Notes under the pieces: model-generated
Told to the model about the DNA's origin: nothing
The model's input: the letters and a program-made list of their open reading frames with translations, nothing else
The model's database searches: none
Shown here: in pieces, positions 38,175 to 50,600 of the stretch
Position numbering within the stretch: position 1 is the stretch's first letter
How the letters are laid out: the number at the start of each line of letters is the position of its first letter
DNA from: Octopus sinensis
Taxonomy: Eukaryota
Direction: 5' to 3'
Assembly: GCF_006345805.1 (NCBI RefSeq)
Contig: NC_043013.1
Location: forward strand, 50,964,001-51,028,000
DNA: 64,000 nt
Program-made: the position numbers and the translations under genes

Positions 38175-38724
38175 ACTGGTACTTATTTTATTGATCCCTA
38201 AAGGATGAAAGGCAAAGTCGACTTTGGTGGAATTTGAACTCAGAATGTGAAGACACGAAATGCCTCTAAGCATTTTGTCCGGCGTGTTAATTATTCTGTC
38301 GGCTCACCACCATAATAATAATAATCCTTTCTACTCGAGGCACAAGACCTGAAATTTTTGGGGATGTGGAGATGAGTCGATTAGATCGACCCCAGTACTC
38401 AACTGGTACTTAATTTATCGACCCCGAAAGGATGAAAGGCAAAGTCGACCTCGGCGGAATTTGAACTCAGAACATGCAGACAGACGAAATACCTATTTCT
38501 TTACTACCCACAAGGGGCTAAACGCAGAGAGGACAAACAAGGACAGACAAACGGATTAAGTCGATTATATCGATCCCAGTGTGTAACTGGTACTTATTTA
38601 TCGACCCCGAAAGGACGAAAGGCAAAGTCGACCTCGGCGGAATTCGAACTCAGAACGTAGCAGCAGACGAGATACCGCTTAGCATTTCGCCCGACCTGCT
38701 AGCGTTTCTTACAACAGGCCCCCT

Positions 38725-38768
<44 letters not shown>

Positions 38769-38930
38769 CCTTCTATAGGCACAAGGCCTGAAATTTAGGG
38801 GTAGGGGGATAGTCGATTAGTACGCAATTGGTACTTAATTTATCGACCCCGAAAGGATGAAAGGCAAAGTCGACCACGGCGGAATTTGAACTCAGAACGT
38901 AGACAGACGAAATGCCGCTTAGCATTTCGT
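38175..38930 (-). mobile_element. Tandem cluster of four SINE family B units
   Basis: Repeated GAAAGGATGAAAGGCAAAGTCGACCTCGGCGGAATTTGAACTCAGAA, partly separated by (AAT)n. Confidence 0.85.
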
Positions 38931-39351
38931 TTTATTATAATAATAACCAATATTTATGTTGCTTGGCTGGTTTCTTTAGTTGATTATATTGACGCTCTTA
39001 TTAAACTGGTCTATTTTATTTCATCAACTCCTAAAGGACAAAAGCAAAGCTGGCCTTAGTGTGATTTGAACTCGAACCATAAAGTGTTTTTATATAGCAA
39101 AGTATTTTTAGTGCTATGCTTTAATACAAATTCTACTAATCTACTCTGTTAACCTAATTAACTTAATCCATTACTCGTAAGTGATTATGACTTGACAGTA
39201 TGTACCATGCCTTGTTTAATTGCTTTTGGTCCTTATGTAGCTACAAGCAGACACAACCCACTTCTTAACCCTCCAAGCCTTGACTTCATAGAATATTCAG
39301 ATGGAGAGTGGGCTGCACAAGTACAAGGTTCATTTTTTTCATATTCTAAAT

Positions 39352-39614
39352 CAGTCGTTCCCAAAGTGGGTGGTACCGCCCCTTGGGGACAGTGGAAAGA
39401 TCCATAAAAATGGGACGATAATGGGGTGACCAAAATGGATGTAAAAAAAAAAAACAAGCAAAATAAGAGGGTAACAACGTTAAGTTTTATTTGTGAAATA
39501 CTGTTGTTTTGAATTTGCTGCAAAAAATGGTCGACGCTTGTGATGATGAGGTGGGAGAGGAGCACTAGGGATGTGGCCCTAGAACCAAAGCTTGAAAAAG
39601 TTTGGGAACCACTG
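39352..39614. mobile_element. hAT (Charlie-like) MITE
   Basis: TIRs CAGTCGTTCCCAAA and TTTGGGAACCACTG; perfect 8-bp TSD TTCTAAAT (39344-39351 and 39615-39622). Confidence 0.9.
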
Positions 39615-39622
39615 TTCTAAAT

Positions 39623-40425
39623 AAACACCACAAACATAAAATATGCAGATGACACAGTCTTACGTGCAGAATCGGAAAAGGAACTTCAGAGACTTCTGGA
39701 TGTTGCGATCAGAGAAAGCGAGAGAAAGGGTCTGTTTATAAATTGCAAGATGACAGTGTATGATGATGACAAAGAGGGGAAGCCCCAAGGTCCTTACTGA
39801 AGGTAAATAATCAAATTACTAAGCAGGTACCTTGGAACTTTGATCACAGAAGATGCAAGATGTATAAAGGAGATCAAAAAGACGAACAGTACTGGCAAAG
39901 TCTGCATTCTCGAAATTGTATAACATCTTGAGAAACCGTGTTCTGACCATCAAGGCCAAAGTCCATCCGTTGGACTGCTACCCGGTCTACCCTGTGTCAA
40001 TGTATTGAAGTGACACTTGATCCATAACATCAGAAATGAGGTGTTTGGAGAGTTGTGAAATGTTCATAAAGAGAATTTTGAGGATAGCACAGACAGACAA
40101 GTGTCGAATGAAGAATTGATGGCCCGAGCTGCAGTAAATAGGAAATTGCTTCGTGAGATAAGAGCCAAGCAACTGAGGTTTCTTGGTCATGCGGTGAGGA
40201 AAGAGGACATGGAGAATTTAGCGATGACCTGAAAGATTGAAAAGAAAAGAAACAGAGAAAGGAGAAGGATGACATGGATGTCAAGCTTGAGGAATTCGTT
40301 GGAAGAAAGAAGCATTAAACATCAGGAAGTGGAACTGTTAGAGAAGTCAAAGAACAGAGTATTGTGGTAGGATATGATCGCCCATGATCCACATTCTGGG
40401 CATGGCATCTAAAGAAGAAAAAGAA
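39623..40425 (+). mobile_element. Decayed RTE LINE (RT YADD region to 3' end)
   Basis: NIKYADDTVLRAESEKELQRLLD at 39631 onward, later QLRFLGHAVRK and a GR-type motif, ending in an (AAG)-rich tail; multiple stops and frameshifts. Confidence 0.85.
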
Positions 40426-40884
40426 ATGGGTTGGAGAAACGGACACAATGCGACCGTTGTTCCAGGTATCCTACTCACGACCTTACACCCGTGAACCCAA
40501 CACCTCAACCTCTAAACCACCCGCATTTTTCATTCAGACACAAGAAAGCCCAGCAAATTTGAATAATGGTAGTTTTATATTTCATCAACCAAATAATGGG
40601 GTTGATATGTTACACAAAGTTGACCTCGGCAGTATTTGAACTCAGAATGTATAGTACTAGAAGACATACAAGGCCTTTTCTCTCTGAGCTGTGAACGATT
40701 TCGCCAGTCTCCAATTTAGATACAAGGTTAGTTTTGAGAAGGGTTAGCAAGTTCCCCAGGACTTGACTAGAACTTTATATTATCAACCCCAGAGAGATGA
40801 ATGATAGAGTTGATCTTAGCGGCATTTGAACAGAGGACATAAAGAGCAATAATAATAGTAACAATAACAATAACAATTATAATA

Positions 40885-41385
40885 ATAAACCAGATATTAT
40901 TATAAAAGATTAGACAAAAAAAGGTGTATTTATTAATTGACATGAGTATTCCTTGCGATCACAATATAGCGGCGAAAGAATGTGACAAGATCAGTAAATA
41001 TAAAGACTTGCTAATAGAAATTGAAAAAATGTGGTATCTCAAGGCGACTACAGTACCAGTGATTATAGGATCTCTAGGAATGATAAAAAAAAAGGTACTG
41101 AAACCTATTTAAAATGATACCAGGCTTACCATCCCTACAGGAAGTGCAAAAATCGTGTTAACTGGAACAAATCATGTACTGAGAAGAGCATTATCGCTGT
41201 GGAAACAACATCCAGTCATGAATTTATTAATTTTGTTTTATACATATTTTACCTGTGAATTTGCGTGTTTAATCTGGGAATGCATACAATGAGCTTCTCT
41301 GCCCTAGGTGTACGGAAAACACTCGGTGAAATATGGAAGAAAATTTGAAGAAAGAAGAAAAAAAAACAATGATAATAATAATGAG
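40885..41385 (+). mobile_element. R4/Dong-type RLE retrotransposon 3' fragment
   Basis: NKPDIIIKD...LLIDMSIPCDHNIAAKECDKISKYKDLLIEIEKMW...VPVIIGSLG (RLE PD..D..K..KY); (AAT)-like repeats at both ends. Confidence 0.8.
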
Positions 41386-43167
41386 GAGGTTTATCGGTAA
41401 TTTTGAAGTGGGATGTAAGTCGATACCATTGTCTCTAGTACTTGGCTGGTGCTTTATTTTATCGACCCTAAAAGGATGAAATGAAAAGCTGACCTCGACA
41501 AATTTTGAACTCAGAACGTAAAGAGTCGGAAGAAACACCACGAAGTACCTTTTCCTTCCTATGATCTAATGATTCTGCCAACTCACCGCCCATCAGTAAC
41601 GAGATTGTGGTTTCTAATTTAGACACAAAGTCAACGATTTTAAGGGGAGAGGCTAGTGGCTACCATCAGTGCTATTACTTGACTGGTATTATATATTATC
41701 GACCCTGGAGGGAGGAAAGGCAAGTCGACCGCGGTGTTTACTTTATCAACGAGAGTAATGAAATAAAAGTTGATTTTGACGGATTTTGAACTCAGAACAC
41801 AAACAGCCAGAAGAAATACTGCAAGGCAATTCTTCTTTGCCAAACGATTTTGCTACCCAGCCACCCTTCAGCTGCGGAATAATGATATTAAATAAAACAG
41901 CTTTGTTTTCTGATGGATTATTTAAACGTTTTACACAAATCTCAGTTTTGTGAATTCTGAAGTTAAGCTATGAGGAAAAAAAAATTGCTGAAGCCAAGAA
42001 CTGGGAAAATCGATTTTGAAACAAAGATACGGCATCGCAGAGTTAGGAAATAAAGTAAGATAAAAAATATTTTCTAAATCCCTGAAACGTTTTAAATGAT
42101 TGTGTTGAGTTCCAATTTCATGGCGTTAAGTGGAAGAAGAGAGATAAATCTTTCCTGATTGCGATATCTTTATATCTTAGTTAACATTCCCAGATGATCT
42201 TTTCTTATCTATTCCCAACAGCCAGCTGAGCTGAGACATAAAGAATTAAGCGTTTAACGAAACACCAGAGGAAGATTCCAATCCAGCACCTTCTCAAATA
42301 TCGTCGCCATTTACTTTATTTCTATGTTTCATTTCATAAAAAGTGAAGCGAGTTTGTGTGATGCTCAGGCTTTTCTCAAAGATTCCTAAATTTTCTTGGT
42401 AAAACAGCGAAGAAATAGAATTATTATTTTTCATAGTTTCCTAAAGGGTCATTATCGTTTTAAAAGAATTAGCTACAACTGATAATTAAAAATGGAGTTG
42501 TATCTCTGATACTTCTCTAACCTAGTGTACAGAGTTCATTTCTAAGGAATGGCCAATGCCAAAATGAGGGACAATACCTTAACGTAATTAAGCCAATCTT
42601 GGAGTAGAGGGCGAGAGGTCCATGGTGTCAATAACCATCTTAATCAGCTGACAATACAGTCTTTATATAGTTTATTTCCACTTTTCATTTAGAGAAAAGA
42701 GAAATGAAGTATTGTGATGTTCATGCTTTTCTGAAAGATTCCTGCAGAGACTGGAATTATAATATTCATAGCTTTCAGTAGGGTCATTAGCATTTTAAAA
42801 GAATTAACTAAAACTGATTATTTAAAATAGGGTCATTAACCTAGTGTATGGTGATTTAGATATTAATCTAACGCACAATATCAACATGAGGGTCACGTTC
42901 ACATTAGATTCCACCCAACACGTGTTTCTGCTGTAGTATTTATGTGGAATTATGTGCGTTAAACTAACACACAATGTCAAAACGAATAGCATATTCCCTC
43001 TCCTCCTCCTCCTGTGACTTTTCTGTCACTATGTGTGTGTGTGTGTGTGTGTGTGTGTAGTTCGTCTACGCATTGCTTGCCACCAAGCCTTGCATGTGTT
43101 CTCAACCTGTGCCTTGCATGTTGAATATCACTGCATCGCTTTTATTTACTTCTCACCTCTTTCTAAA

Positions 43168-43668
43168 TCTTTTATAATAAAAGTGAAATTCTGTCTGTCC
43201 GTACCCCTGTGTCTCAGTCTACATTTGCTCTACATAGACATATTATACCTTTTTGGAATCAGGATGATCCCAGGATTTAAAAAATTTGCCCTTCATTTGG
43301 TTTTTGAACATACAGCGTTAGGATCTGATTTATAAGCATTTGGGCTGCCATTTCCAGCAGGTAAAGCTTGGCTAATTCACGTCATTCTGGTTGGCGTTTG
43401 TCAGATGATGTCAGAGATCAAGGAATGTCGGGGGGAGATAAATGATATTCGCTTCGTTAATTTTATATCGAGGAAAGAACTTTGGGACAAATAGTTCAAC
43501 AGTTGGAATTCAATTCGGAACTGGAACAATAGAATGATTGCATTACAGAATTAATTCTCATCCATCCTTAACCTCTGATCAAACACAACCGGGGCATACA
43601 GTCATTATAGATGTTTTACAGTCATGATATTTCTTTAGTTTTGGGCCGCAGCCCTCCACAGGAGCTAG
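43168..43668 (+). mobile_element. Non-autonomous Helitron
   Basis: 5' A|TCTTTTATAATAAAAG; 3' hairpin GGGC-cgca-GCCC (43643-43654) 10 nt before CTAG|T; inserted between A and T with no TSD. Confidence 0.65.
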
Positions 43669-43793
43669 TTCAAAATCCGTAAAGAGTGCGGCTTTTAAGC
43701 TGGTGATGTATAACTGGAGAAACCAGCCAACATTTATATCGACCATTATATTATAGAGGTATTTCAATCAAATGATATTAGTTTTTATTTTAA

Positions 43794-44012
43794 TCTTTTA
43801 CTCTTTTACTTGTTTCAGTCATTTGACTGTGGCCATGCAGGAGCACCGCCTTTAGACGAGAAAATCGACCCAAGGACTTCTTTGTAAGCCTAGTACTTAT
43901 TCTATCGGTCTCTTTTGCCGAACTGCTAAGTTACGGGGACGTAAACACACCAGCATCGGTTGTCAAGCGATGTTGGGAGGACAAACACAGACACACAAAC
44001 ATATACACACAC

Positions 44013-44061
<49 letters not shown>

Positions 44062-44210
44062 CATAAGACGGGCTTCTTTCAGTATCCGTCTACCAAATCC
44101 ACTCACAAGGCTTTGGTCGGCCCGAGGAGGCTATAGTAGAAGACACTTGCCCAAGATGCCACGCAGTGGGACTGAACCCGGAACCATGTGGTTTGTAAGC
44201 AAGCTACTTG
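43794..44210 (-). mobile_element. SINE family A copy
   Basis: Reverse complement of family A; further minus copies at about 46020-46300 and 46375-46755. Confidence 0.85.
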
Positions 44211-45071
44211 ATTAAAATATTTTTTGTAGGTTACTAAATATAGGGATGGGCCATTTGCAAAAAGCCATTGGGCGAAAGGTGACGGTTATATGCGCAAAGA
44301 TGAGAGCCACTGGTATAAAGAATGGTTAGTGGTCTTGGTAGAGCCGACGGTATTAATTCTTGATTCCTTGGTTCTCCGTTTTAATACGATCGAAACTAAA
44401 GACTTCCATTAGAAATTCATGTTTGTGTGCTTAATTATTAGTTCTTGGTTTAGCAGAAGGAAGCGTTTTTATTAATGATGACGATGTTGGAATTAGTGAA
44501 AGTCATTGTGGCAGCAGTAGCAGCAGCAGCAGCATCAGCAGTAATAGTATTAGTAGTAGTATTAGTAGTAGTATTATTGATCGTGTCATTTCTGTTGCCG
44601 GTGGTAGGCCACTTAAGACATCTGGGTTTTATTTTTGGATCATAATCAGTAATGGTGTCAAGGCTTGTCTCTAATTGCTCTCTCTCTCTCCCCTTCTCTC
44701 TCTCTCTCTCTCTCTCTCCCCTTCTCTCTCTCTCTCTCTCTCTCCCCTTCTCTCTCTCTCTCTCTCTCCCCTTCTCTCTCTCTCCCCTTCTCTCTCTCTC
44801 TCTCTCCCCTTCTCTCTCTCTCTCTCACACACACAGAGGTTATAATTATATAATAATCCTTTCTTCTATAGGGAAAACGCCCGAAATTATGGGAGAATGG
44901 GGCTTGTCGATTACATCGACCCCAGTGTTCCAATGGTACTTATTTCATCGACCCCGAAAGGATGAAAAGTAAAGTCGACTTCGGCGGAAATTGAACTCAG
45001 GACGTAAAAACAACGAAATGCCGCTAAGCATTTTCCCCGGCGTGCTAACGACTCTCCCAGCTCGCCGCCTG

Positions 45072-45168
<97 letters not shown>

Positions 45169-45499
45169 CACAGACGAGATCCATTCTATTCGTATAGAAT
45201 ACAAGAATACACATAGTGCTCAAAAGATCTTTACAATATTCTTTTATTAATTTACTTATTTCAGTCATTTGACTGCAGCCATGCTGGAACACACACGTGT
45301 GTGTGTATATATACATGCAGATATCACAGTCTTCATAGTAGCCTCACAACCTGAGGCTGTCGTGGAAGGCACTTGCTCATGATTGTTTAAATGTCTTGTG
45401 CGTACAGAAACGGCACTTCCATGGTGCAAGTTACTAACAGTTCTTAAAAAATATTTTTGATGATTTCGTTAAAGGCTTTATTTTGGAGATTTTGCATAT

Positions 45500-45950
45500 A
45501 TTACCAAATTTTTATTGTTATAAATAAAAAAGATGGAATAACTATGGGTGCTCCCTTACGACCTACGTTTGCCATATTCTGCTTAGCTACAATAGAAAAA
45601 GTGATGCCTAAACACAAACATTTAATACACACTACATACATAGAGGATACAGTAGTTGTAATGGAAGACGTGTGAACATAACGTAGGGCCTAGAGAACAA
45701 CGCAGTAGAGAGATTCAACAGTCGAAGCAATACCGATACAACTCCATTTGTAGATATAAACACTGAGATTAAAATCAAAAGACACTTTACGTCAGTTTAC
45801 ACAAAACAACACAAACAAATGCATATATATACATGCACATGAGAATAAGTGAATGGTCACGTAACTACTAAATGAGAGTGGTAAAATAAACTGTTTAGGA
45901 GAGCATTTCAATTCACTTCCGTAAAGAAATATTAGATGCATCTTTTTTTT
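45500..45950 (+). mobile_element. Highly decayed Penelope-like reverse transcriptase fragment
   Basis: KKDGITMGAPLRPTFAIF...TYIEDTVVV resembles the PLE RT motifs Q..G..MGSPLSP..AN and RYVDD. Confidence 0.6.
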
Positions 45951-47077
45951 TTTAACTTCTTTCAGTGGCCTTCAAGAAATTCTTGTCGAATGAATCGCCC
46001 CGCTACTTTTTTTTTTTTGCTTTAAGCCTGGTATTTATTCTATCGTTCTCTTTTGCCGAACTGCCAAGTGACATGGACGTAAACACACTAACACCGGTTG
46101 TTAAGCGGTGCTTGGGAACAAACAGGCACAAACACACATTCGCGCGCGTGACGGGCTTCTTTCAATTTTAGTTTACCATATCCACTCACAAGGCTTTGGC
46201 TGATCCGAGGCTATAACAGAAGACGCTTGGCCAAGGTGCCATGCAATGGAACTGAACCCGGAGCTTTGTGGTTGGGAAGCAAACTTCTTACCTTACAACC
46301 ACGTTACTGATGAATGCAGACAGAAATGCAATGCAGCGAATGCATTAGATGCACGCATTACATGCAACATGTATTACTCTTTTACTCGTTTCAGTCATTT
46401 GACTGCGGCCATGCTGGAGCACCGCCTTTAGTCGAGCAAATCCACCCCAGGACTTATTCTTTGTAAGCCTAGTGCTTATTCTATCGGTCCCTTTTGCCGA
46501 ACCGCTAAGTTACAGGGAGGTAAACACACCAGCATCGGTTGTCTAACTATGTTGGGGGACAAACGCACACACACACACATACACAAATATATGACAGGCT
46601 TCTTTCAGTTTCCGTCTACCAAATCCACTCACAAACTTTGGTCGGCCCGAGGCTTTAGTAGAAGATACTTGCCCAAGGTGCCACGCAGTGGGACTGAACT
46701 TGGAACCATGTGGTTGGTAAACAAACTACTTACCACACAGTCACTCCTGCGCCTTTATTATATACACCAAGTGCATTGCAGGTGTAGCCGAGACGAACAC
46801 AAAATGGCGTTACACCAAACCGTAAACTGACACTTAAGATGACATAAACATCGGAGATGCTTTACCACACGTAGAAGAATCAGGAGCTCCTGAGAGGTTT
46901 TGCAATCTCCTGTAAATCCATTGCAATGCTGGAAACCATTGTGTATCGTCACTGGGCATCTCAGGGTCACAAGCATTTCGCCTCTTGGTCTGCGCGCTCC
47001 ACCTGAGCGTGGTTGTGGGGAGTGAGCTAGTCTTCACTTACTGAAGGGTTCCATTTGCAATCTCTAATCAACCATAA

Positions 47078-47297
47078 CCTATTTCTTTACTACCCACAAG
47101 AGGCTAAACACAGAGAGGACAGACAAGGAGGTTAAGTCGATTACATCGACCCCAGTGCGTAACTGGTACTTAATTTATCGACCCCGAAAGGATGAAAGGC
47201 AAAGTCGACCTCGGCGGAATTTAAACTCAGAACGTAACGGCAGACGAAATACGGCTACTCATTTCGTCCGGCGTGCTAACGTTTATGCCAGCTCGCC
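47078..47297 (-). mobile_element. SINE family B copy
   Basis: Reverse complement of family B including the 3' TAGCCCCTTGTGGGTAGTAAAGAAATAGG-like end. Confidence 0.85.
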
Positions 47298-47318
47298 TAA
47301 TCAATCATAACCGCCTTG

Positions 47319-47364
47319 AACTGGTTTCAGCTGTCGTGCCTATTTCCTTGATAGCTTTCTTCAG
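47319..47364 (-). ncRNA. Partial hammerhead ribozyme motif (stem I lost)
   Basis: Minus: CUGAAGA-A-AGCUaUC(loop)GAcAGCU-GAAA-CCAG-UU; the 5' flank is TATATA and does not pair. Confidence 0.45.
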
Positions 47365-47567
47365 TATATATTACAAAAATAATAAGATAAACGAATCTTA
47401 TTGAGCTTTTGAATCCACGAATATTTTTCAGCAGGTGTAATTTTTCGTTTGCATATACTCCTAGAAGGCGCAAAAGCAGGTAGCCTTATGATTTTGTGTT
47501 TATAGCTGAAACTATATTTCTGTGAATTAGTGAGCCATGAACACAAAACCACATCGTCACCCGCTTA

Positions 47568-48787
47568 TGTGTTTTTAACTAAGTTCCCGCCGTTTTTTTT
47601 TTTATTTAAGTTTTGGAATTTATTGCGTTTTTAAATTTTGGAATCTATTCTTTCTAGAATTCTATTTTTGAATCATTTTGGAATATTTTTTTTTTTTTTT
47701 ATAGTTAATTTTTGTTTATTTTCAGATGGAATATCAAGTTAAGAAAAACAAGCGTTTTCGATTACACCTTTTTGTTTTTAATCAACGTTCTAAGGCCGCT
47801 AAAGCTGCTCGCGGCATTTGTGATGTGTATGGAGAGGGTATCATAGCTGAAAGAACCGCTCGTGATTGGTATCCCAAGTTCAAAAATGGAAAATTTGACC
47901 TCAAAGACACACCTTGTTCTGGCCGTCCAGTTGAGTTCGATGAAGAGCGATTAAACCAACTTTTGCACGAAAATTCTCGTCAAACGACAAGGGAACTGGC
48001 AGAGAAAATTGAATGCTCCCACACTGCGATAGAGAAGCATCTTTATTCGATTGGAAAGGTTCAGAAGTATGGAGCATGGATTCCGCATGCTTTAAGTGAC
48101 AGCAATAAAAATCAACGAGCCACACTCTCCGCTGGTTTGCTTGCTCGTCACCGCTCAACTCATAGACACAAGCAATGATTTCTTTACCGATTCGTTACTG
48201 GCGATGAAAAATGGTGCCTGTTCATCAATGTGAAGCAGCGTAAGGAATGGCTTAGCCCCGGTAAACAAGCGACACCGTGCGTGAAAGAAGATCTTCATCC
48301 GCGTAAAACGATGTTATGTGTATAGTGGGACTAGGAAGGGATTATCCATTACGAATTGCTTGAACGAAATCAAACGGTCAACGCGGATATTCAAGAGAAA
48401 AGACCTAATTGGCAGCATGGAGTTCTTCTGCTGCATGACAACCTCATATCGCCAATATGACCAAGGAAGCCATTCAAACGCATGGCTGTGAAGTGCTGCC
48501 ACACCCGCCGTACTCTCCTCATTTGGCACCAACGGACTTCCACCTCTTTCGATCTCTTTCAAATGCTATGCGCGGAGTTTCGTTCAATACTGACGCAGAA
48601 TTGAGAGCTTGGTTGGATCAATTTTTCGAGTCGAAATCGAGTGATTTCTAACAACGAGGTATTGAAAATCTTGTTGAACGTTGGGAAGAAGTTGTAAATA
48701 GCAAGGGTGATTACGTTATTGGTTAATTAGTTGTTATTTCTTATTAAACCTTTAAAAAAATTAAAATAAAAAAAACCCGCAGGAACA
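47568..48787 (+). mobile_element. Near full-length decayed mariner transposon (transposase pseudogene, about 47726-48726)
   Basis: HTH region DWYPKFKNG...SGRP, WIPHAL, VTGDEKW, LLHDN and HPPYSPHLAPTDFHLF (DD34D motifs) with stops and frameshifts. Left end TA|TGTGTTTTTAACTAAGTTCCCGCCGTTTT; right end only partial (AAAACCCGCAGGAAC). Confidence 0.92.
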
Positions 48788-48862
48788 TGATAACACTTCC
48801 AATCAGTTTAGATCAGAAGCGATCAGATTCCCTGCTTGGTACTGCATCAAATTATTATTATA

Positions 48863-49490
48863 AAGGCGGCGAGCTGGCAGAAACGTTAGCATGTCGGGCG
48901 AAATGCTTAGCGGTATTTCGTCTGCCGTTACGTTCTGAGTTCAAATTCCGCCGATGTCGACTTTGCCTTTTATCCTTTCGGGGTCGATTAAATAAGTACC
49001 AGTTACATACTGGGGTCGATATAATCGACTTAATTCGTTTTTCTGTCCTTGTTTGTCCTCTCTGTGTTTAGCCCCTTGTGGGTAGAAAAGAAATAGGTAT
49101 TTCACCCGTCTTTAAGTTCTGAGTTCAAATTCCGCCGAGGTCGACTTTGCCTTTAATCCTTTCGGGGTCGATAAATTAAGTACCAGTGGAACACTGGGGC
49201 CGATGTAATCGACTCATCTCCACGTCCCCCAAGCTGCCTTCGTGGCAAAAATGTGAAATAATAGTAATCATTATTATTTAGTCGGTGAGTTGGCCGAATC
49301 GTTAGCACGCTGGGCAAAATGCTTAGCGCGTTTCGTCCGTCTTTACGTCCTGAGTTCAAATTCCGCCGAGATCGACATTGCCTTTCATCCTTTCGGGGTC
49401 GATAATTGAAGCACCAGTGAAATACTTGTGTGGATATCATCGACTAGTACTTTCTCCCCAAAACTTCAGGCCTTGTGCCTTTCGTAGAAG
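48863..49490 (+). mobile_element. Tandem cluster of SINE family B units
   Basis: Three repeats of GAGTTCAAATTCCGCCGA..TCGAC..TGCCTTT.ATCCTTTCGGGGTCGAT. Confidence 0.85.
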
Positions 49491-50117
49491 GGGTTATTAT
49501 TATTATTATTAGTAGTAGTAGTAGTGGTCGTCGTCGTCTCAGTCGTATTGCTGCCATTGGTAATGCTTGGTAGCTTAGATAACAGTGAAGTATTTAGTGG
49601 CCAATGCTGGTGTTGGTGATAATTGCAGCGGCGGAGGCGATGCTGGTAACACAGATTATAAAAGAAGCGGCGTTGGTTCGTAACAGGGGTGGGCAGGACT
49701 ACCATTGCAGGCAGTAAACACACAATTGTGGTCTCTTCTACCGGAAAAGACACGCTGTTGTGACAGTAAGTACGAAGGAAGTACACCTGGAGTGTCCACT
49801 GTTGCTTTATAGTGAAGCTATCTCCTTGAGTATATTATCTGCGCAACCAACTGGGGGCTGCTTCCGCTTTAAGCCATCACTTAAATAGCAGAGACAACAT
49901 GGCTGATGTCGAATGCCATTAATTGTGGCCTCTTCTTCCCTTGTTATAGAATTGCCGGTTTATTTATTTCAACAAACTTCCTAAATTTACGTCTATTTAT
50001 GTAAATCTTATATATACAAAGCCGGACGAATTTTAAATTACTTGGCTTTTAGAATGAATTAAATAAACTTTTTAGTTTGTTTTTTTCCCAACCCAAATCA
50101 TTGTCTGCTACCCCCAT

Positions 50118-50244
50118 CACACACACACACACTGTGTGTGTGTATACATATATAGCGTGTATATATACATACTGTATATATGTATAGTGTGTATATATAG
50201 TGTATATATATATACACATACGTTCATACAGACATATACAAATT

Positions 50245-50290
<46 letters not shown>

Positions 50291-50568
50291 CAAATTCATA
50301 TATATATATATACACATACAAATTCATATATATATATACATACATATACAAATTCATATATATATATATATACAAATTCATATACATACATATACAAATT
50401 CATATACATACATATACAAATTCATATATATATATACATATACATACATATACATATTCATATATATATATATATATATATATTTATACATACACATACG
50501 TACATACATACATACATACATACATACATACATACATACATACATACATACATACATACATACATACA

Positions 50569-50599
<31 letters not shown>

Positions 50600-50600
50600 C
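50118..50600. repeat. (TA)n/(TACA)n microsatellite with repeated TACAAATTCA units
   Basis: Directly visible. Confidence 0.9.

Noticed and set aside
49466-49940. GC-richer stretch and 106-aa ORF as a possible exon
   Set aside because: Largely degenerate trinucleotide repeat; no recognisable domain or consistent splice pair.
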